From an uncultured Planctomycetales bacterium (GTDB lineage: Bacteria; Planctomycetota; Planctomycetia; Pirellulales; Pirellulaceae), in the NCBI GenBank assembly GCA_963821085.1, contig CAWGCE010000007.1, forward strand, positions 344,328-408,327: a DNA stretch of 64,000 nucleotides. The letters are read 5' to 3'. The position numbers and the translations under genes are program-made. Of the stretch, positions 8,944 to 20,407 are shown one piece after another. Numbering within the stretch: the stretch's first letter is position 1; each line of letters starts with the position of its first letter. Below the pieces are notes generated by a model. That model worked only from the letters and a program-made list of their open reading frames with translations, made no database searches and was not told the origin of the DNA.

Positions 8944-9717
8944 CTACTTGTCAGTAGCCTTAGCTGGCAGAGCAGCTTCAACGCGATCCAGTTCTGCATA
9001 GATCGCTGCGCGTTGATCAGCGCTGGCACGAAGTGCAGCGTTGCGCAGGTGGTTGCGAGCCACCTTGTACTTGTGCTCGCTTAACGCCAGTCGCGCCTGC
9101 TCGACCAATTCTTGCACCGCATCCACCTGGGATGCCGACTTTTTCCGCCGGATCTCGGCCACGCTCAGGTCGCCGTGTTGGGCTGTACTGACGGTAGCCC
9201 TTCGGTGTTCAATGCGGCGTTTCACAGGCTTGGATTCCGGTTCTTGCAGCGAACGAGTCGCCACATAACGTTCGATAATCGAAGGACCCTGCAGCACAGG
9301 AGGTGGCATTATCGGTGCTTGGCCAACTACCGGCGTGTAACCGATAACAAACGGCCGCAGCTCGGCGTCGATGAAGTACCCGCTGCCGCCGTTCGGAACT
9401 GTGACCATCGGCGTTTGCGTCACCAGGGATCGGCGGCTGCCTTGGCTGCCAAACAGGTTGAGCGATAATGGGCCCGCGTTGACACCAAATCTGGCGTCAT
9501 TGTTGGGATCGTACCCACCGAACGGAGGTACAGCGTTGGGCTGCCAGTTGAAGCGGAAATTGCCATTGTCAAAATTGATGCCGGTGCCAAGGACGTCAAA
9601 GGTGCTGTTGTTGCTTGACTGAAAGGGGGAAGTCACGACGATATTCTGTCCGTCAACGTTGGTTACGAGGATGAGAAATAATGCCAATGTCGCCAGTTGT
9701 CTCAGTCGAGTCATCAT
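8944..9717 (-). CDS. hypothetical secreted protein
   Basis: Signal-like N-terminus MMTRLRQLATLALFLILVTNVDGQ. The C-terminal part is a charged helix. The ORF opens at 9969. Confidence 0.5.
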   Translation of the reverse strand: MMTRLRQLATLALFLILVTNVDGQNIVVTSPFQSSNNSTFDVLGTGINFDNGNFRFNWQPNAVPPFGGYDPNNDARFGVNAGPLSLNLFGSQGSRRSLVTQTPMVTVPNGGSGYFIDAELRPFVIGYTPVVGQAPIMPPPVLQGPSIIERYVATRSLQEPESKPVKRRIEHRRATVSTAQHGDLSVAEIRRKKSASQVDAVQELVEQARLALSEHKYKVARNHLRNAALRASADQRAAIYAELDRVEAALPAKATDK

Positions 9718-10018
9718 CGTCACGTGGCTCCCGGTTTTCGGCCGAGAATCGAATCGTGTCCAAGCAATCCAGCCGGAACCGTTATAGAAGCTATCTCGAT
9801 TCGCCGTCAAACAATCCGGAATTCGCCTTGATCGAGGCGGGGACCGCCCGTCGTCAATACCTGCTGGGCTCTCTACAATGGACGCTGGGCCAGCACACGA
9901 TCCGCCAGGTTCCAGGCGCTGGGTCGATGGAAATCGGCACGCGACCTGCGGGAGTTTGGCCACGAGCATTTGGCCACAAGAAAATCAATCGCCAGCAAGC
10001 TTGAGGAGATTACGCAAG

Positions 10019-11470
10019 ATGTTCGTGCTTTTCCGTCGTCATGGCCGGTTCGTGATTTTGACATTGGCCCTGTTGTTGGTCGTCGGATGCGGCCCGAAAG
10101 TTAAAGTGACCGTGGACACCAAAGACGACGCCGTCGAGAGTTCGATCGCGGAGGATGTGTCTACAGCGGCAGGAACGGAATCCAAAGTAGAAGCGGCAAC
10201 CGAAGACAGCATGCCGACCGAAGAAACAACTTCCATCGAAGCAGGTTCGCAGTCAACTCCTGATGAAGATGCAACGGCGGTTACGCTCGTGCGAGAAACG
10301 GTCACGTTAGGTGACCCCTCGCTCACTGCCGGCATTCCAGGTGATGGCGATTTGACCGTCGAGGCGATCGACGCGTGGCTGAGCGACCCGGCGAAACACG
10401 TGTCGCTCGACATCCAACTGCCATTCAGCCTCGCGGGCGCCAAAGACATGATCAAAGGCCTCGATGACAATCCGATGACTCGGGCAAAAATCGAATTGGG
10501 GCGCCAATTGTACTTTGACACACGCCTGTCATCCGACAACACGATCAGCTGCGCCAGCTGCCATCACCCGGAAGACGGCTATGGCAGAAAGACACAGTTT
10601 GGAGTTGGTGTCGCAGATCAGGAAGGTAATCGCAATTCGCCGGTGGCTTTTAATCGCATCATTACCGACCTGCAGTTCTGGGATGGTCGAGCTGGTTCCC
10701 TGGAAGAGCAGGCGAAGGGACCGGTCGCTAACCCAATCGAAATGGGCAACACCCACGAAGCCTGCATCGCGACCGTCTCATCGATCGATGGCTACGTAAA
10801 GCAGTTCGAAATGGTATTTCCCAATGAAGGACTGAATATCGATACGATTGCCAAGGCAATCGCAACGTTTGAACGTGCACTGGTGACAGGTCCAGCGCCC
10901 TACGACCATCTGGAAATCGTCAAGGCGGTCCAGTCGCAATATGGCGAGGATGAAATCGCGGAAGATCTCAAGGAAGAAGATCCTGAACTGTATGAGAAGT
11001 ATACGTTATCGAAGGCGATTGTTGACGAAAAGATGTCCGCGTCAGCGATTCGCGGAGCTGAGCTGTTCTTTTCAGAGAAAGCCAACTGCACAGCTTGCCA
11101 TACGGGAGCCAACTTCACTGACGAGATGTATCACAATTTGGGCGTGGGTATGGAAGCTGCCGAGCCGGACCTGGGTCGATATGAAATCACCAAGGAAGAG
11201 AAGGACAAAGGCGCTTTCAAAACGCCAACCGTTCGAAACGTTGTCATGACAGCTCCTTTTATGCACGACGGCAGTCAGCAGACGCTGGAAGAAGTCGTTG
11301 AATGGTACGCCAAAGGTGGTCACCCGAATCCTCACCTTAGCGACAAGATCAAGAAACTCGAGCTAACCGACCAGGACAAGGCGGACCTCGTGGCGTTCAT
11401 GACGGAAGGACTGACCAGCGAACTGCCACCTGTCGAAATGGCGCGGCTGCCAGCCGATCCGTCCAGCTAG
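10019..11470 (+). CDS. di-haem cytochrome c peroxidase (CCP/MauG family), lipoprotein-like
   Basis: Two CxxCH motifs (CASCHHP, CTACHTG), plus FKTPTVRNV and PFMHDGS. N-terminus MFVLFRRHGRFVILTLALLLVVGCG has a lipobox, followed by an acidic linker. Confidence 0.9.
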   Translation: MFVLFRRHGRFVILTLALLLVVGCGPKVKVTVDTKDDAVESSIAEDVSTAAGTESKVEAATEDSMPTEETTSIEAGSQSTPDEDATAVTLVRETVTLGDPSLTAGIPGDGDLTVEAIDAWLSDPAKHVSLDIQLPFSLAGAKDMIKGLDDNPMTRAKIELGRQLYFDTRLSSDNTISCASCHHPEDGYGRKTQFGVGVADQEGNRNSPVAFNRIITDLQFWDGRAGSLEEQAKGPVANPIEMGNTHEACIATVSSIDGYVKQFEMVFPNEGLNIDTIAKAIATFERALVTGPAPYDHLEIVKAVQSQYGEDEIAEDLKEEDPELYEKYTLSKAIVDEKMSASAIRGAELFFSEKANCTACHTGANFTDEMYHNLGVGMEAAEPDLGRYEITKEEKDKGAFKTPTVRNVVMTAPFMHDGSQQTLEEVVEWYAKGGHPNPHLSDKIKKLELTDQDKADLVAFMTEGLTSELPPVEMARLPADPSS

Positions 11471-11534
11471 GCCCGCTCTGCCGCGCACCCGGCAATGGCG
11501 ATGCTGGGCATCACGCATCACGATCTCAGTGCGG

Positions 11535-11560
11535 CGGCCGCTCCCACGATGGAGCGGCCG
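11535..11560 (+). terminator. hairpin downstream of the peroxidase gene
   Basis: CGGCCGCTCC-cacgat-GGAGCGGCCG followed by ttcctcttt. Confidence 0.4.
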
Positions 11561-11692
11561 TTCCTCTTTGCAGGTGGCACCAAAGCACGAATGTCTATCG
11601 ACCCGCAATCACCGGTTAGACTAGGATGACAGGGTAGCTTGCGCGATTCTGTGCGTTTAAAATTTGTTCGTCTCCCTACACAGGAAGGTATT

Positions 11693-14600
11693 GTGACGGC
11701 GATAATTACGGAATTTCAGTTTGATCAGTTCGGCAGCGGGAATCCACTGCGAGTCCTGGACTTGGGCAATGGGTTGAACGTTGCGCTCGCGCATAGCGAA
11801 CGTGGTCAGGTCCAACTGTTAAACGTTATCCCATTCACGCTCTACGGACGCTTCGTCGTTCCGAACGCCATGAGCACGGCGACGCAGGACAGTTCGAGCG
11901 CCGTCTTGTTACGAACCGACAACGGAGTCTTCACCGTCCAACGTAGCTGGTCAGATGGCAACGTCCGGGTCCTCGCGGCGGACGGTTCCGAGTTCGGCAA
12001 AAAGAAGATGCGTAGTCTTTTGGACGATATTGGCTACAAGAAGTATCGCAGCATCTTCACATTCAGCCTCCGGCGTTTGGCCCAATTCTCTACCGGTGAG
12101 GAGAACGACTACCTGGTTCGAATGGCCGACTACTTGCGGCGCAAATCGCCCGCCATCCCGATTCCCATGCCGGCACCGGTGACCGCCATCCCGGAACTTC
12201 GCAATGTCTATACGGGTCTGGGTGAGCTAACGGCCCTGATTCAGAAAGAAGTCAACGCCCCCGAGAACGGTCAAAAGGAAGAGCCACGAGACCGCGCCAA
12301 ATTGAATCGGGACCTGAAGAAGGTCGAGGCGACCTTGACGGATGGTCGTGCCAAAGTCGAGCACCTGGAATCCGAACTCGACGAAACGCGCGCCGCGTTG
12401 TCTTTGAACCGGGCTCAAGCGAACCTGGCTCAAATCGATCACGAGCTCTCACGTCTGCAGTCGCGCCCCGACCAGGAACACTCGGAAGTCGGCACCCGAA
12501 ATTCGCTCGACCGGCTCGTAGGGAAAATCGATGACTGCAAGTTGCAACTGCAGGAGCTGAAGGAAGAGTACAACGAAATCCGGAGACAGACTCGTGACGC
12601 TTCCAATGGCCGTCGCGGCACCAAATCGATCGCACAAATCGAAGCCATGTTGCTGCATGAAAAATCGCTGATCAAGGAAGAGGAAGCGGTCGAGCAGCTA
12701 AAGCTGCAACTGCAAGACACCGAATCGCGACTGGAGCACGAACGTTCACATGTAGCCAGCGATGCGAACGAATTGTCGCACATGAACGATTCCCAGGCGC
12801 GAGCACGTCTCGACGGCCTGGCCGAGCGTCTGCGAGATGCCGAACGAGAATTGGAAGTCGCCGAGCAACTACGCGTGCGAGCACAGACCATTCCGCTGAC
12901 TGCTACCGGCATCGGTTTACCGTCCGTGGGAAGTCACCCGGAAGACGCGGTCGCTATGCACGAAGCCGAACAGAACGTGCTACGGCTACGCGAACGTCTG
13001 GGAATGGACGACCAGTTGGGGCAGTTGGAGGCCGAACGAGCCGACTTGATGCTGCAACTGCGGCGACTCTACCGCGATCAACTGCTGCCTTTCCCGATCG
13101 TCATGGCGCTGGGCGTGCCATTCATGATTGGTGTCGGCATGGTGATCTACGGCCTGTTCATGAACAACGGCCAGACGAATTGGCAATTCGTGCTGTTCGG
13201 ATTGGCCATTTCCCTGTTCACCTCGCTGATCAAAATGTCGATGGATCGTGGTTCGTCAGAGATGCTGGACGCCGCGAGAAACAACATGCTGCGGATCGAT
13301 CACCAGATCGAGCAATTCGCCGGAACGCGTGATGGCGAAACAACGGGAGCGATCCAGAATGAACTGGAAATGGCCGAACGCCATTTGGCCGAGCTCCAGA
13401 CGCGGTTTACACCGGCAGCCACGGTTCAACACGCGTCCTACGAATACGGCGAAGCGCCATCGATCGAGACAGCTCAACTGCAGCTGAACAATGCTCATCA
13501 ACGAGTCCGCGACCTGCAACATGATTGGCAAGAACTGCTGACGCAATTGGGACTTCCAACATCGTTGACACCCAGCGCCGCCCGGGAAGCGATCGCTGAT
13601 CGAGCAATCCTTGCAGCCCGCTCTCATGGTGGGAACGAATACGATCAACTCAACAACAAGAGCCAGCAGTTACGGCATGAATTGGATCGGCGGCAGGACT
13701 GGCTGAACGTACTTGGTGATCAGGCCCGACATCTGGTGAAGGAAATGAGCGTGTCGGGTGGTACCGGTTCGATGGTTGAACAGTTTGACGCGCTACGCGA
13801 TGCTCTTCGGGAAGCACGCGAGGCATCAGCAACTCGCAAGCAGCTGGCGCGCAACCTCAAGCGACTCAGGCAAAAACGGGATCAGGTCAAGGAAAACGGC
13901 CGTCGTTACGCCGACCAGCATCGTCGATTGCTGGACGAGTTGAAACTGAAGAAAGAGCGATTCAAATCGAAACACGTGCTCGAGAATGAACGCGTCAAGC
14001 TGCTGCAGGAGCAACGTGAACGCCTGGAAGCCGAAATCCAGGAAATTCGCGACCGTTTCGGGCTCGAAACAAGCTCAACCCTTGCTGAAAAAAGCGACGA
14101 TGAACTCGAACAACGATTGCAAGAGCAACTGGATACACTGGAGAAGTTACGAGCGAAACTGCTGAAGCAGAGTGAACAACGAGGGCGTTTGCGGGCACTG
14201 ATGTCGTCCGACGCTCCTCAGGTTGACGATTCGAGGGCGGTTTTTCAAGCACTGCGACAACGCACAGAACAACTCGCCAATCAACTGAAAGCGACCGCCA
14301 AGCAGGCAGAACTTGAAGCGCAGTCAAAAGCTCAAGCAGCCCAGAATCAGTACCAGTACGAGTACCTTCAGCGCGCCGGCAATTATCTTTCCGACCTGTC
14401 CGATGGTGATTTTGGCCGCATCGAATTGCTCGAAACCGATCCGGGTCTGGGGCTCGTGAACCAGCACGGACAGTTGATTCCTCTTGACCATGTGGACTCG
14501 CAACACTACCCGAACCTGTATTTTGCTTTGTGGCTTCGCGCGACTCGAATCGTTTGTCGATCGCGGCTTTCATCTGCCCGCGATCGTGGAAGATCCCCTC

Positions 14601-14876
14601 GTCGCCACCAAACGAGCCAGGCGACCCGTCGTTGCTGAACTTCTGCGTGACTTTGGCATTCGCGGGCGGCAAATTATTGTCGTCACGTCAAAGGCATCCT
14701 GCGCCGACATGTACGGACAGCTGGGAGTTCCAATCGCCGACCTTTCGGACCGACAAATCGTGGAAGAGGAGTCGTCGTCGCATCCTGAGAACGGGGCTGC
14801 AATAGAAGACCATGACATCGGCCGGCCCAACACCCGCGGTCAACACGACCGGCCAAGCTTCTCCCCGCTCGGTTGA
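11693..14876 (+). pseudogene. YhaN/SbcC-like coiled-coil ATPase with central TM hairpin, frameshifted near the C-terminus
   Basis: Long heptad-rich protein with two central TM helices (FPIVMALGVPFMIGVGMVIYGLF...FVLFGLAISLFTSLI). The signature-like ...NLYFALWL lies in one frame. ARLESFVDRGFHLPAIVEDPLV...RQIIVVTSK (Walker B/D-loop like) lies in frame +1. The junction is near 14534-14541. An AGGAAGG Shine-Dalgarno precedes GTG 11693. Confidence 0.7.
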
Positions 14877-14908
14877 GGCGGTTCGGCCCGGTTCGCCATT
14901 CTTGTCCC

Positions 14909-15436
14909 TTACCAGTCCGAAGGCGGCGGGCGATACCGTGGTTGAGGTGTGGCATCAGCCGGAGATTTTTCGACCGGGACCAAGCGGCGCACGTTTTCCG
15001 GCGTCCTTGGCAGGACTTCCGGTTCGACTTCCAAGGGCTTTCCTGGCGGCTCCACGGCTTGCGGATTGAATTCTGGTTGGATCGTCGGCTTTAAAATCGG
15101 TTTGGCAACCACCGTCGGCGGCAATTCGCCAGACCGCATTTGTCGTTGCGACTGCACGGCAAGAAAAAAGATTGCAGCTCCAGCCGCGATCATAGCGGCA
15201 AAGCCGAATCCAAATCGAGGTCTCGGAGAATCCTGATCTTCACCTTCCCGGCCCCGTCGCCCGCGATCGAATCCGACGGCATAGCCTCGCATCGAGCCCT
15301 CTTTGGCACCTGCACGTTTACCTTCGTCGAAGCCCTCACCCGTTCCAGCTTTAAAGCCGGCCGCATGCCCCATCCAGTAAGCAGCGACGACCGCTCCCAT
15401 CGCCATCAGGATGCCGAGTATTGCGGTTGAAGACAT
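14909..15436 (-). CDS. hypothetical membrane protein, Pro-rich C-terminus
   Basis: MSSTAILGILMAMGAVVAAYWMG, a second TM helix, then a PxP-rich tail. Confidence 0.45.
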   Translation of the reverse strand: MSSTAILGILMAMGAVVAAYWMGHAAGFKAGTGEGFDEGKRAGAKEGSMRGYAVGFDRGRRGREGEDQDSPRPRFGFGFAAMIAAGAAIFFLAVQSQRQMRSGELPPTVVAKPILKPTIQPEFNPQAVEPPGKPLEVEPEVLPRTPENVRRLVPVEKSPADATPQPRYRPPPSDW

Positions 15437-15677
15437 GACGTTCTTTGCCGGCGAAGGACAAATGATCCAACGGCCACAGTCAGCGGCCCACATTGTTTCT
15501 TCGGCAATATGTCCAAAAACGCTGGAGCGATCTCGATCGAAACAGGCTCCGACTGACGTTCGAGGTTGCGTTTTGTACCGATTTCAATGGCTGTGGATGG
15601 CGATTTGGAAGGACAGGTAGAGTACAACTGTGCAAGGCAATTGGGGCACCGACCACCGTCGTATCCTGAATCATCCG

Positions 15678-16637
15678 ATGAACGTTCAAACCACATTGCT
15701 TTCTACGCTGCTCAGCGTCTTGTGTTGTGCTCTGGGCCACGCGCAAACCTCAACCAACTTGTTTCCAATGTCGCTCGACGGCGATACCGAATCTCCGTCA
15801 GCGATCCCACTGTGGAACGTTGGACAAATCCCCTATTCGATGAACCAGTTGAAGAAGACGAGGACGTCGACCAATCGCGGTGAACAGCAGAATACATACG
15901 AGCGCTGGATCGAGGGTGTGTCTCAACCGCAAGTCACGCTGTATCGAGCCAGGCCCGCCGACGGCTTACAACCTGCCGTGATCATCTGTCCGGGAGGCGG
16001 CTACGCCGGATTGGCGATCGACAAGGAAGGACATGATACGGCCAGGTGGCTCAATTCTCTGGGCATAACGGCAATCGTGCTGGAGTATCGGACGTCGCCG
16101 TTCAAATTGGTGCATCCCAAAGCAGACGTGCAGGAAGCAATTCGCATGGTTCGTCGTAAGGCGAACGAATGGCACGTCGATCGAGATCGATTGGGAGTCC
16201 TGGGTTACTCGGCAGGAGGCCATCTCGCCTCGACCGCGGGGACACATTTCGAAACCGACTTGCTCCTGCGACCCGACTTCATGATCCTGGTTTATCCTGT
16301 AATTTCCATGGATGCAGCGATTACACATGGCGGCTCGCGCGATCGAGTCCTCGGCAACGACCCCAGTGAAAAAGCTATCCAGAAATACAGCAACGAATTG
16401 CGAGTTACCGCCATGACGCCTCCCACGTTTATCGTCCACGCTGCCGACGATCCATCGGTGGCGATAGAAAACAGCCAGCGTCTCGCTGCCGCGTTGAAGG
16501 AGCATGGCGTACCGTTTCAGCTCGAAGTCTACGACACGGGCGGCCACGGGTTCGGCCTTGGCGTCAATGGCGGCGAAGTCGCCAGTTGGCCCAGCCGATG
16601 TGCGGCTTGGCTGAAGAAAAAACGCTTGATCGACTAG
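15678..16637 (+). CDS. secreted alpha/beta hydrolase (esterase/lipase-like)
   Basis: Signal peptide MNVQTTLLSTLLSVLCCALGHAQ. Oxyanion-hole-type CPGGGY, a GYSAGGH nucleophile elbow and HAADDPSV. Confidence 0.85.
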   Translation: MNVQTTLLSTLLSVLCCALGHAQTSTNLFPMSLDGDTESPSAIPLWNVGQIPYSMNQLKKTRTSTNRGEQQNTYERWIEGVSQPQVTLYRARPADGLQPAVIICPGGGYAGLAIDKEGHDTARWLNSLGITAIVLEYRTSPFKLVHPKADVQEAIRMVRRKANEWHVDRDRLGVLGYSAGGHLASTAGTHFETDLLLRPDFMILVYPVISMDAAITHGGSRDRVLGNDPSEKAIQKYSNELRVTAMTPPTFIVHAADDPSVAIENSQRLAAALKEHGVPFQLEVYDTGGHGFGLGVNGGEVASWPSRCAAWLKKKRLID

Positions 16638-16687
16638 AACTCTAAAACCGGGTTAGCCTTTTTGGTATTCCGGCCAATAATGAAAAC

Positions 16688-17260
16688 ATGACTCAATTTC
16701 GCCAGCAGGACGTTTGTCGTGAAGCAGTGGAGCCAGAGAATGGCCCGACCGAGCGGTACGAACCCGGCTTGAAGCGTCCCCAGGTGACATTGAAAGGGCT
16801 GTTCTTTCTCGTCAGCTTCTGCGTCTTGTTGCTGGCGACTTTTCAAGCTGCCGGTCCACTCGCCGGGTGGTCATTGCTGCTGTTCGCCCTCGCCGTCTTC
16901 GCCCACGTCGCAGGCAATTCGCTCGGTACGCAACTTCGCGACGCCACCGACAACGCGCGACTTCGGGAACGATCGATGGAACAGCCAACTCAGCCACACC
17001 ATTTCGCAGAGAGGACGCATTTGGCTCATCGAGTTCAGCTACGCTGGCCCATGTTGGTGCTGACGCTGATCTGCGCCATCATCGGTTCATTCCTTGGCGG
17101 CTCGTTCCTTGCCGAGGTCAACGCGGCTCAAGCCACGACAGCCAATCTGGCCCTGGCCTACGGTTCTTGCGGTGTCCTGGGAGCGATCCTCGGTTTCGGC
17201 GCGAGCATGTTCCTGAAAGTCGTTCTTGAAGCGCTGTGGCAAGCTCATCAAGCCGACTGA
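16688..17260 (+). CDS. hypothetical membrane protein
   Basis: Four hydrophobic segments. No recognised motif. Confidence 0.45.
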   Translation: MTQFRQQDVCREAVEPENGPTERYEPGLKRPQVTLKGLFFLVSFCVLLLATFQAAGPLAGWSLLLFALAVFAHVAGNSLGTQLRDATDNARLRERSMEQPTQPHHFAERTHLAHRVQLRWPMLVLTLICAIIGSFLGGSFLAEVNAAQATTANLALAYGSCGVLGAILGFGASMFLKVVLEALWQAHQAD

Positions 17261-17282
17261 CATCGAGCGACGTAGGGAAACG

Positions 17283-18725
17283 TCACTCTGCCTCAAATAC
17301 GACCACGGTGTTGTGTGCAAGGCGAGCCACATTCGTGCCGGACACCAGCAACATGCAGTCGCCCGTCGCGACAATACCCCGCTCTTTACCCCACGCAACA
17401 ACAAACCGCTGTAGATCAAGTCGGTCTTTGGGAGCCTCCGCCAGTGGAGTGACTCCCCAATACAGCGTCATCCGTCGTAGCACTTCGACCGACTCGCTCA
17501 CACCGATCGTCGGTACGAATCCTCGCAAGTGCGAACGCGCCAATGCGGTCTTGCCGCTGCGCGTCACCACGATGACGATCTTCGCCTCAAGGAACTCAGC
17601 AATCCGGCTGGCGCCGTAAACGACCGACAATGTCATCGGATGCACGCCGGTTGTCGATTTTTTGCTGGGTCGCGGGGGCTGCCAGTCGCGAAGCAGCTCT
17701 TCGGTGGAAACCATGATCCGGTTCATCATTTGCACGGTTTCGACCGGGTAGTCGCCGATCGCCGTCTCGCCCGATAGCATGCAGGCGTCCGCTCCATCCA
17801 AGACCGCATTGGCGACGTCGGTCGCTTCGGCCCGAGTTGGATACGGCGAACGTTGCATACTGTCGAGCATCTGTGTCGCGACAATTACGGGCTTCTGCAG
17901 CGAGTTACACAACTTGACGATGCGTTTCTGAGCCACCGGGATTTCAGCCACGTTAGTTTCGACGCCAAGGTCGCCGCGAGCCACCATGACACCGTCCGCA
18001 GCGATGGCGATCTCACGCAGATTTTTCAGTGCCTCCCCTTTTTCGATCTTGGCGATCACCGGCAACGTCCGCCCATGGCTTTTCAGGATCTCTTTCAACT
18101 CCAGGATCTCATCGGCTCGACTAACAAAGCTGAGGCTGACGAAATCAACATCCTGCTTGACTAACCACTCCACTGCCTCCAGATCGCGTTCAGTCAGCGT
18201 CGGAATATTGACGCCGGCCCCCGGAAAGGCAACGCCTTGCCGGCTGCGTATTTCACCGGCGTCCACAACCTTACAGATCGCTACGCCCGTCGAGACCTCG
18301 ACGACTTCCATTGCCACCGTACCGTCCGCCAACAGCACGCTGTCTCCGATCTGGAGCTCGTCAATCACACGAGGATAGTTGCAATCCAGATCACCGGGCA
18401 ACGGATCGGCCAACTCGTTTGCGAAGCGAAACCGTTGGCCATCGTTGCAGACCACCGAGCCACCTTCAAGCTCTCCCAGGCGGACTTTTGGGCCGGCGAG
18501 GTCGATCAGAATCCCGATTGGACCAAGTTTTTTTTCGATCTCGCGAATCGCGGCGACCGTTTTTTCACGCTGAGCAAAATCACCGTGTGCCATGTTCAGG
18601 CGAAAAACATCGACGCCGGAAAGCATCAATTCAGTCAGCACCGCTGGATCAAGACAGGCGGGCCCCACCGTAGCCACAATCTTGGTGCGGGCGATCGCGT
18701 GGCGATCAGTATTGGAAGAGCTCAT
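17283..18725 (-). CDS. pyk: pyruvate kinase
   Basis: TKIVATVGPAC, FRLNMAHG, MVARGDLGVE, ATQMLDSM and SGETA. Confidence 0.93.
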   Translation of the reverse strand: MSSSNTDRHAIARTKIVATVGPACLDPAVLTELMLSGVDVFRLNMAHGDFAQREKTVAAIREIEKKLGPIGILIDLAGPKVRLGELEGGSVVCNDGQRFRFANELADPLPGDLDCNYPRVIDELQIGDSVLLADGTVAMEVVEVSTGVAICKVVDAGEIRSRQGVAFPGAGVNIPTLTERDLEAVEWLVKQDVDFVSLSFVSRADEILELKEILKSHGRTLPVIAKIEKGEALKNLREIAIAADGVMVARGDLGVETNVAEIPVAQKRIVKLCNSLQKPVIVATQMLDSMQRSPYPTRAEATDVANAVLDGADACMLSGETAIGDYPVETVQMMNRIMVSTEELLRDWQPPRPSKKSTTGVHPMTLSVVYGASRIAEFLEAKIVIVVTRSGKTALARSHLRGFVPTIGVSESVEVLRRMTLYWGVTPLAEAPKDRLDLQRFVVAWGKERGIVATGDCMLLVSGTNVARLAHNTVVVFEAE

Positions 18726-18935
18726 CGTGCATCCATGACGGGATTGTTGATTCTGCTGATTGACGCCTCGTTGAGCGATGGCACACAATGAGACTTCGCG
18801 GTCACCATAACTCGACTCGTCCAAATGCCGCAAGACGACGATTGTGGCGTTCGGCGTTCAACAAGCGCAAGCGGGCCGCCAGCGAATCCTGCTATTTGTT
18901 CAAGACCCAAACCCGTGTCAGGTACGCGATTTAGC

Positions 18936-19544
18936 ATGCATCGACCCAAAGTAACGCAAGCAACGGGACAGCCCGTTTCGCTGTCGCCTCCATCGGGCCG
19001 GCCTGGGCGAATTCGCCGCAGGGTGCTGGCCGTCATCTCGATCAGCCTTCTGGTGTTGGCGTCGATCTCGATCACCTGGATGATCGTGATCCGGCAGCAA
19101 CGCATTCCCGAGTTGACACGCGAAAATTTCGATGCCGCCCGAGTCAAATGGGACGCGACGAATATTGATGACTATGCGATCGAAACAATTGTCGTCGGGA
19201 TGCAGCCTGCGACCTATCGGGCCGAAGTCCGCAACGGCGAAATCCTGGCAGCCCAACGAAACGGTTACGCATTAAAAGACCAACGCACATTGGGAACCTG
19301 GTCCGTTCCCGGTATGTTCAGGACGATCGAACACGACCTGTTGAATTTCGAACGCGACGAAGCGGAGGGCAAATCGACACGTGAGCTTCATTTGCGGGCC
19401 GAGTTTGACCCGGAGCTTGGAATTCCTCGAAGGTACCTGCGTGTGGAATGGAGCTCGGGAGCCCAGGTGTCGTGGGACGTCGCTGAGTTCACCCAGGGCC
19501 AAGTGGCCGCCGAACCGGTCGAAGTCTCGGATAACGGCAAATGA
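18936..19544 (+). CDS. hypothetical membrane-anchored protein
   Basis: A single TM helix (VLAVISISLLVLASISITWMIVI) followed by a soluble domain. An ATGA overlap with the next gene suggests translational coupling. Confidence 0.5.
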   Translation: MHRPKVTQATGQPVSLSPPSGRPGRIRRRVLAVISISLLVLASISITWMIVIRQQRIPELTRENFDAARVKWDATNIDDYAIETIVVGMQPATYRAEVRNGEILAAQRNGYALKDQRTLGTWSVPGMFRTIEHDLLNFERDEAEGKSTRELHLRAEFDPELGIPRRYLRVEWSSGAQVSWDVAEFTQGQVAAEPVEVSDNGK

Positions 19545-20341
19545 CTGAATCGAGACGCAAACACGTTGTCGTGGCGGGTGGCTCGTCCGGATTCGGCTTG
19601 CGACTGGCACATGCCTGGATGCGGACAGGTGCGACCGTCACAATCGTCGCCCGGGATGCAACTCGCCTTGAGTCCGCCAAGCAACAGTTATTGACCGCGA
19701 ATCCCGACCGCTCGATCCATGCCATCGTTGCCGACGTCACGAGGCAAGCGGACGTGGACCGTTTGTTCGAACAGGTCGACCGCCTCGATGTGCTGGTAAA
19801 TGCGTTTGGCCAGTCCGACCGGGGATTGGCGGTCGAAACGACGACGGAAAGATTCGAAGAGCTCCTGCAACTGAACTTTCTGGCGGTCACTCGGTGCGTG
19901 CGAGGCAGCATCGAACTGTTGAAAGAGTCCACGGGTTCGATTGTGAATATCGGTTCGCTCGCGTCGAAGTCGGTGGCACCTTATCTCGGAGCCTACCCGC
20001 CCGGCAAGTTCGCGTTGGCCGCCTATACGGCCCAATTGCGGTTGGAATTAGCGGATCACAACGTGCACGCATTGCTCGTCTGCCCTGGGCCGATTCAACG
20101 CGATGACGCAGGCACGCGATACAACCGGGACTTCGACACCTTGCCAGAATCAGCACGTCGCCCGGGCGGTGGCGTCAAGCTCAAGGGTATCGATCCCGAC
20201 TGGCTGGCGTCCAGGGTCATAGCCGCCTGCGAGTCGCGACGAGCTGAGTTAGTCGTGCCCGGCAAATCGCGATTGCTGTTTGCCATCGCTCAACTTTCAC
20301 CCAGCCTCGGCGACTGGATTGTGCGACGGATGACATCGTAA
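19541..20341 (+). CDS. SDR-family oxidoreductase
   Basis: VVVAGGSSGFGLRLA (TGxxxGxG-like), NAFG, and the YxxxK-like YPPGKFAL. Confidence 0.85.
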   Translation: MTESRRKHVVVAGGSSGFGLRLAHAWMRTGATVTIVARDATRLESAKQQLLTANPDRSIHAIVADVTRQADVDRLFEQVDRLDVLVNAFGQSDRGLAVETTTERFEELLQLNFLAVTRCVRGSIELLKESTGSIVNIGSLASKSVAPYLGAYPPGKFALAAYTAQLRLELADHNVHALLVCPGPIQRDDAGTRYNRDFDTLPESARRPGGGVKLKGIDPDWLASRVIAACESRRAELVVPGKSRLLFAIAQLSPSLGDWIVRRMTS

Positions 20342-20407
20342 CATTTCCATCCAGAACACGGCGAAACCAGCTGTGGGATCAAAAAATCAGGAACGAGGAC
20401 AAATCGC

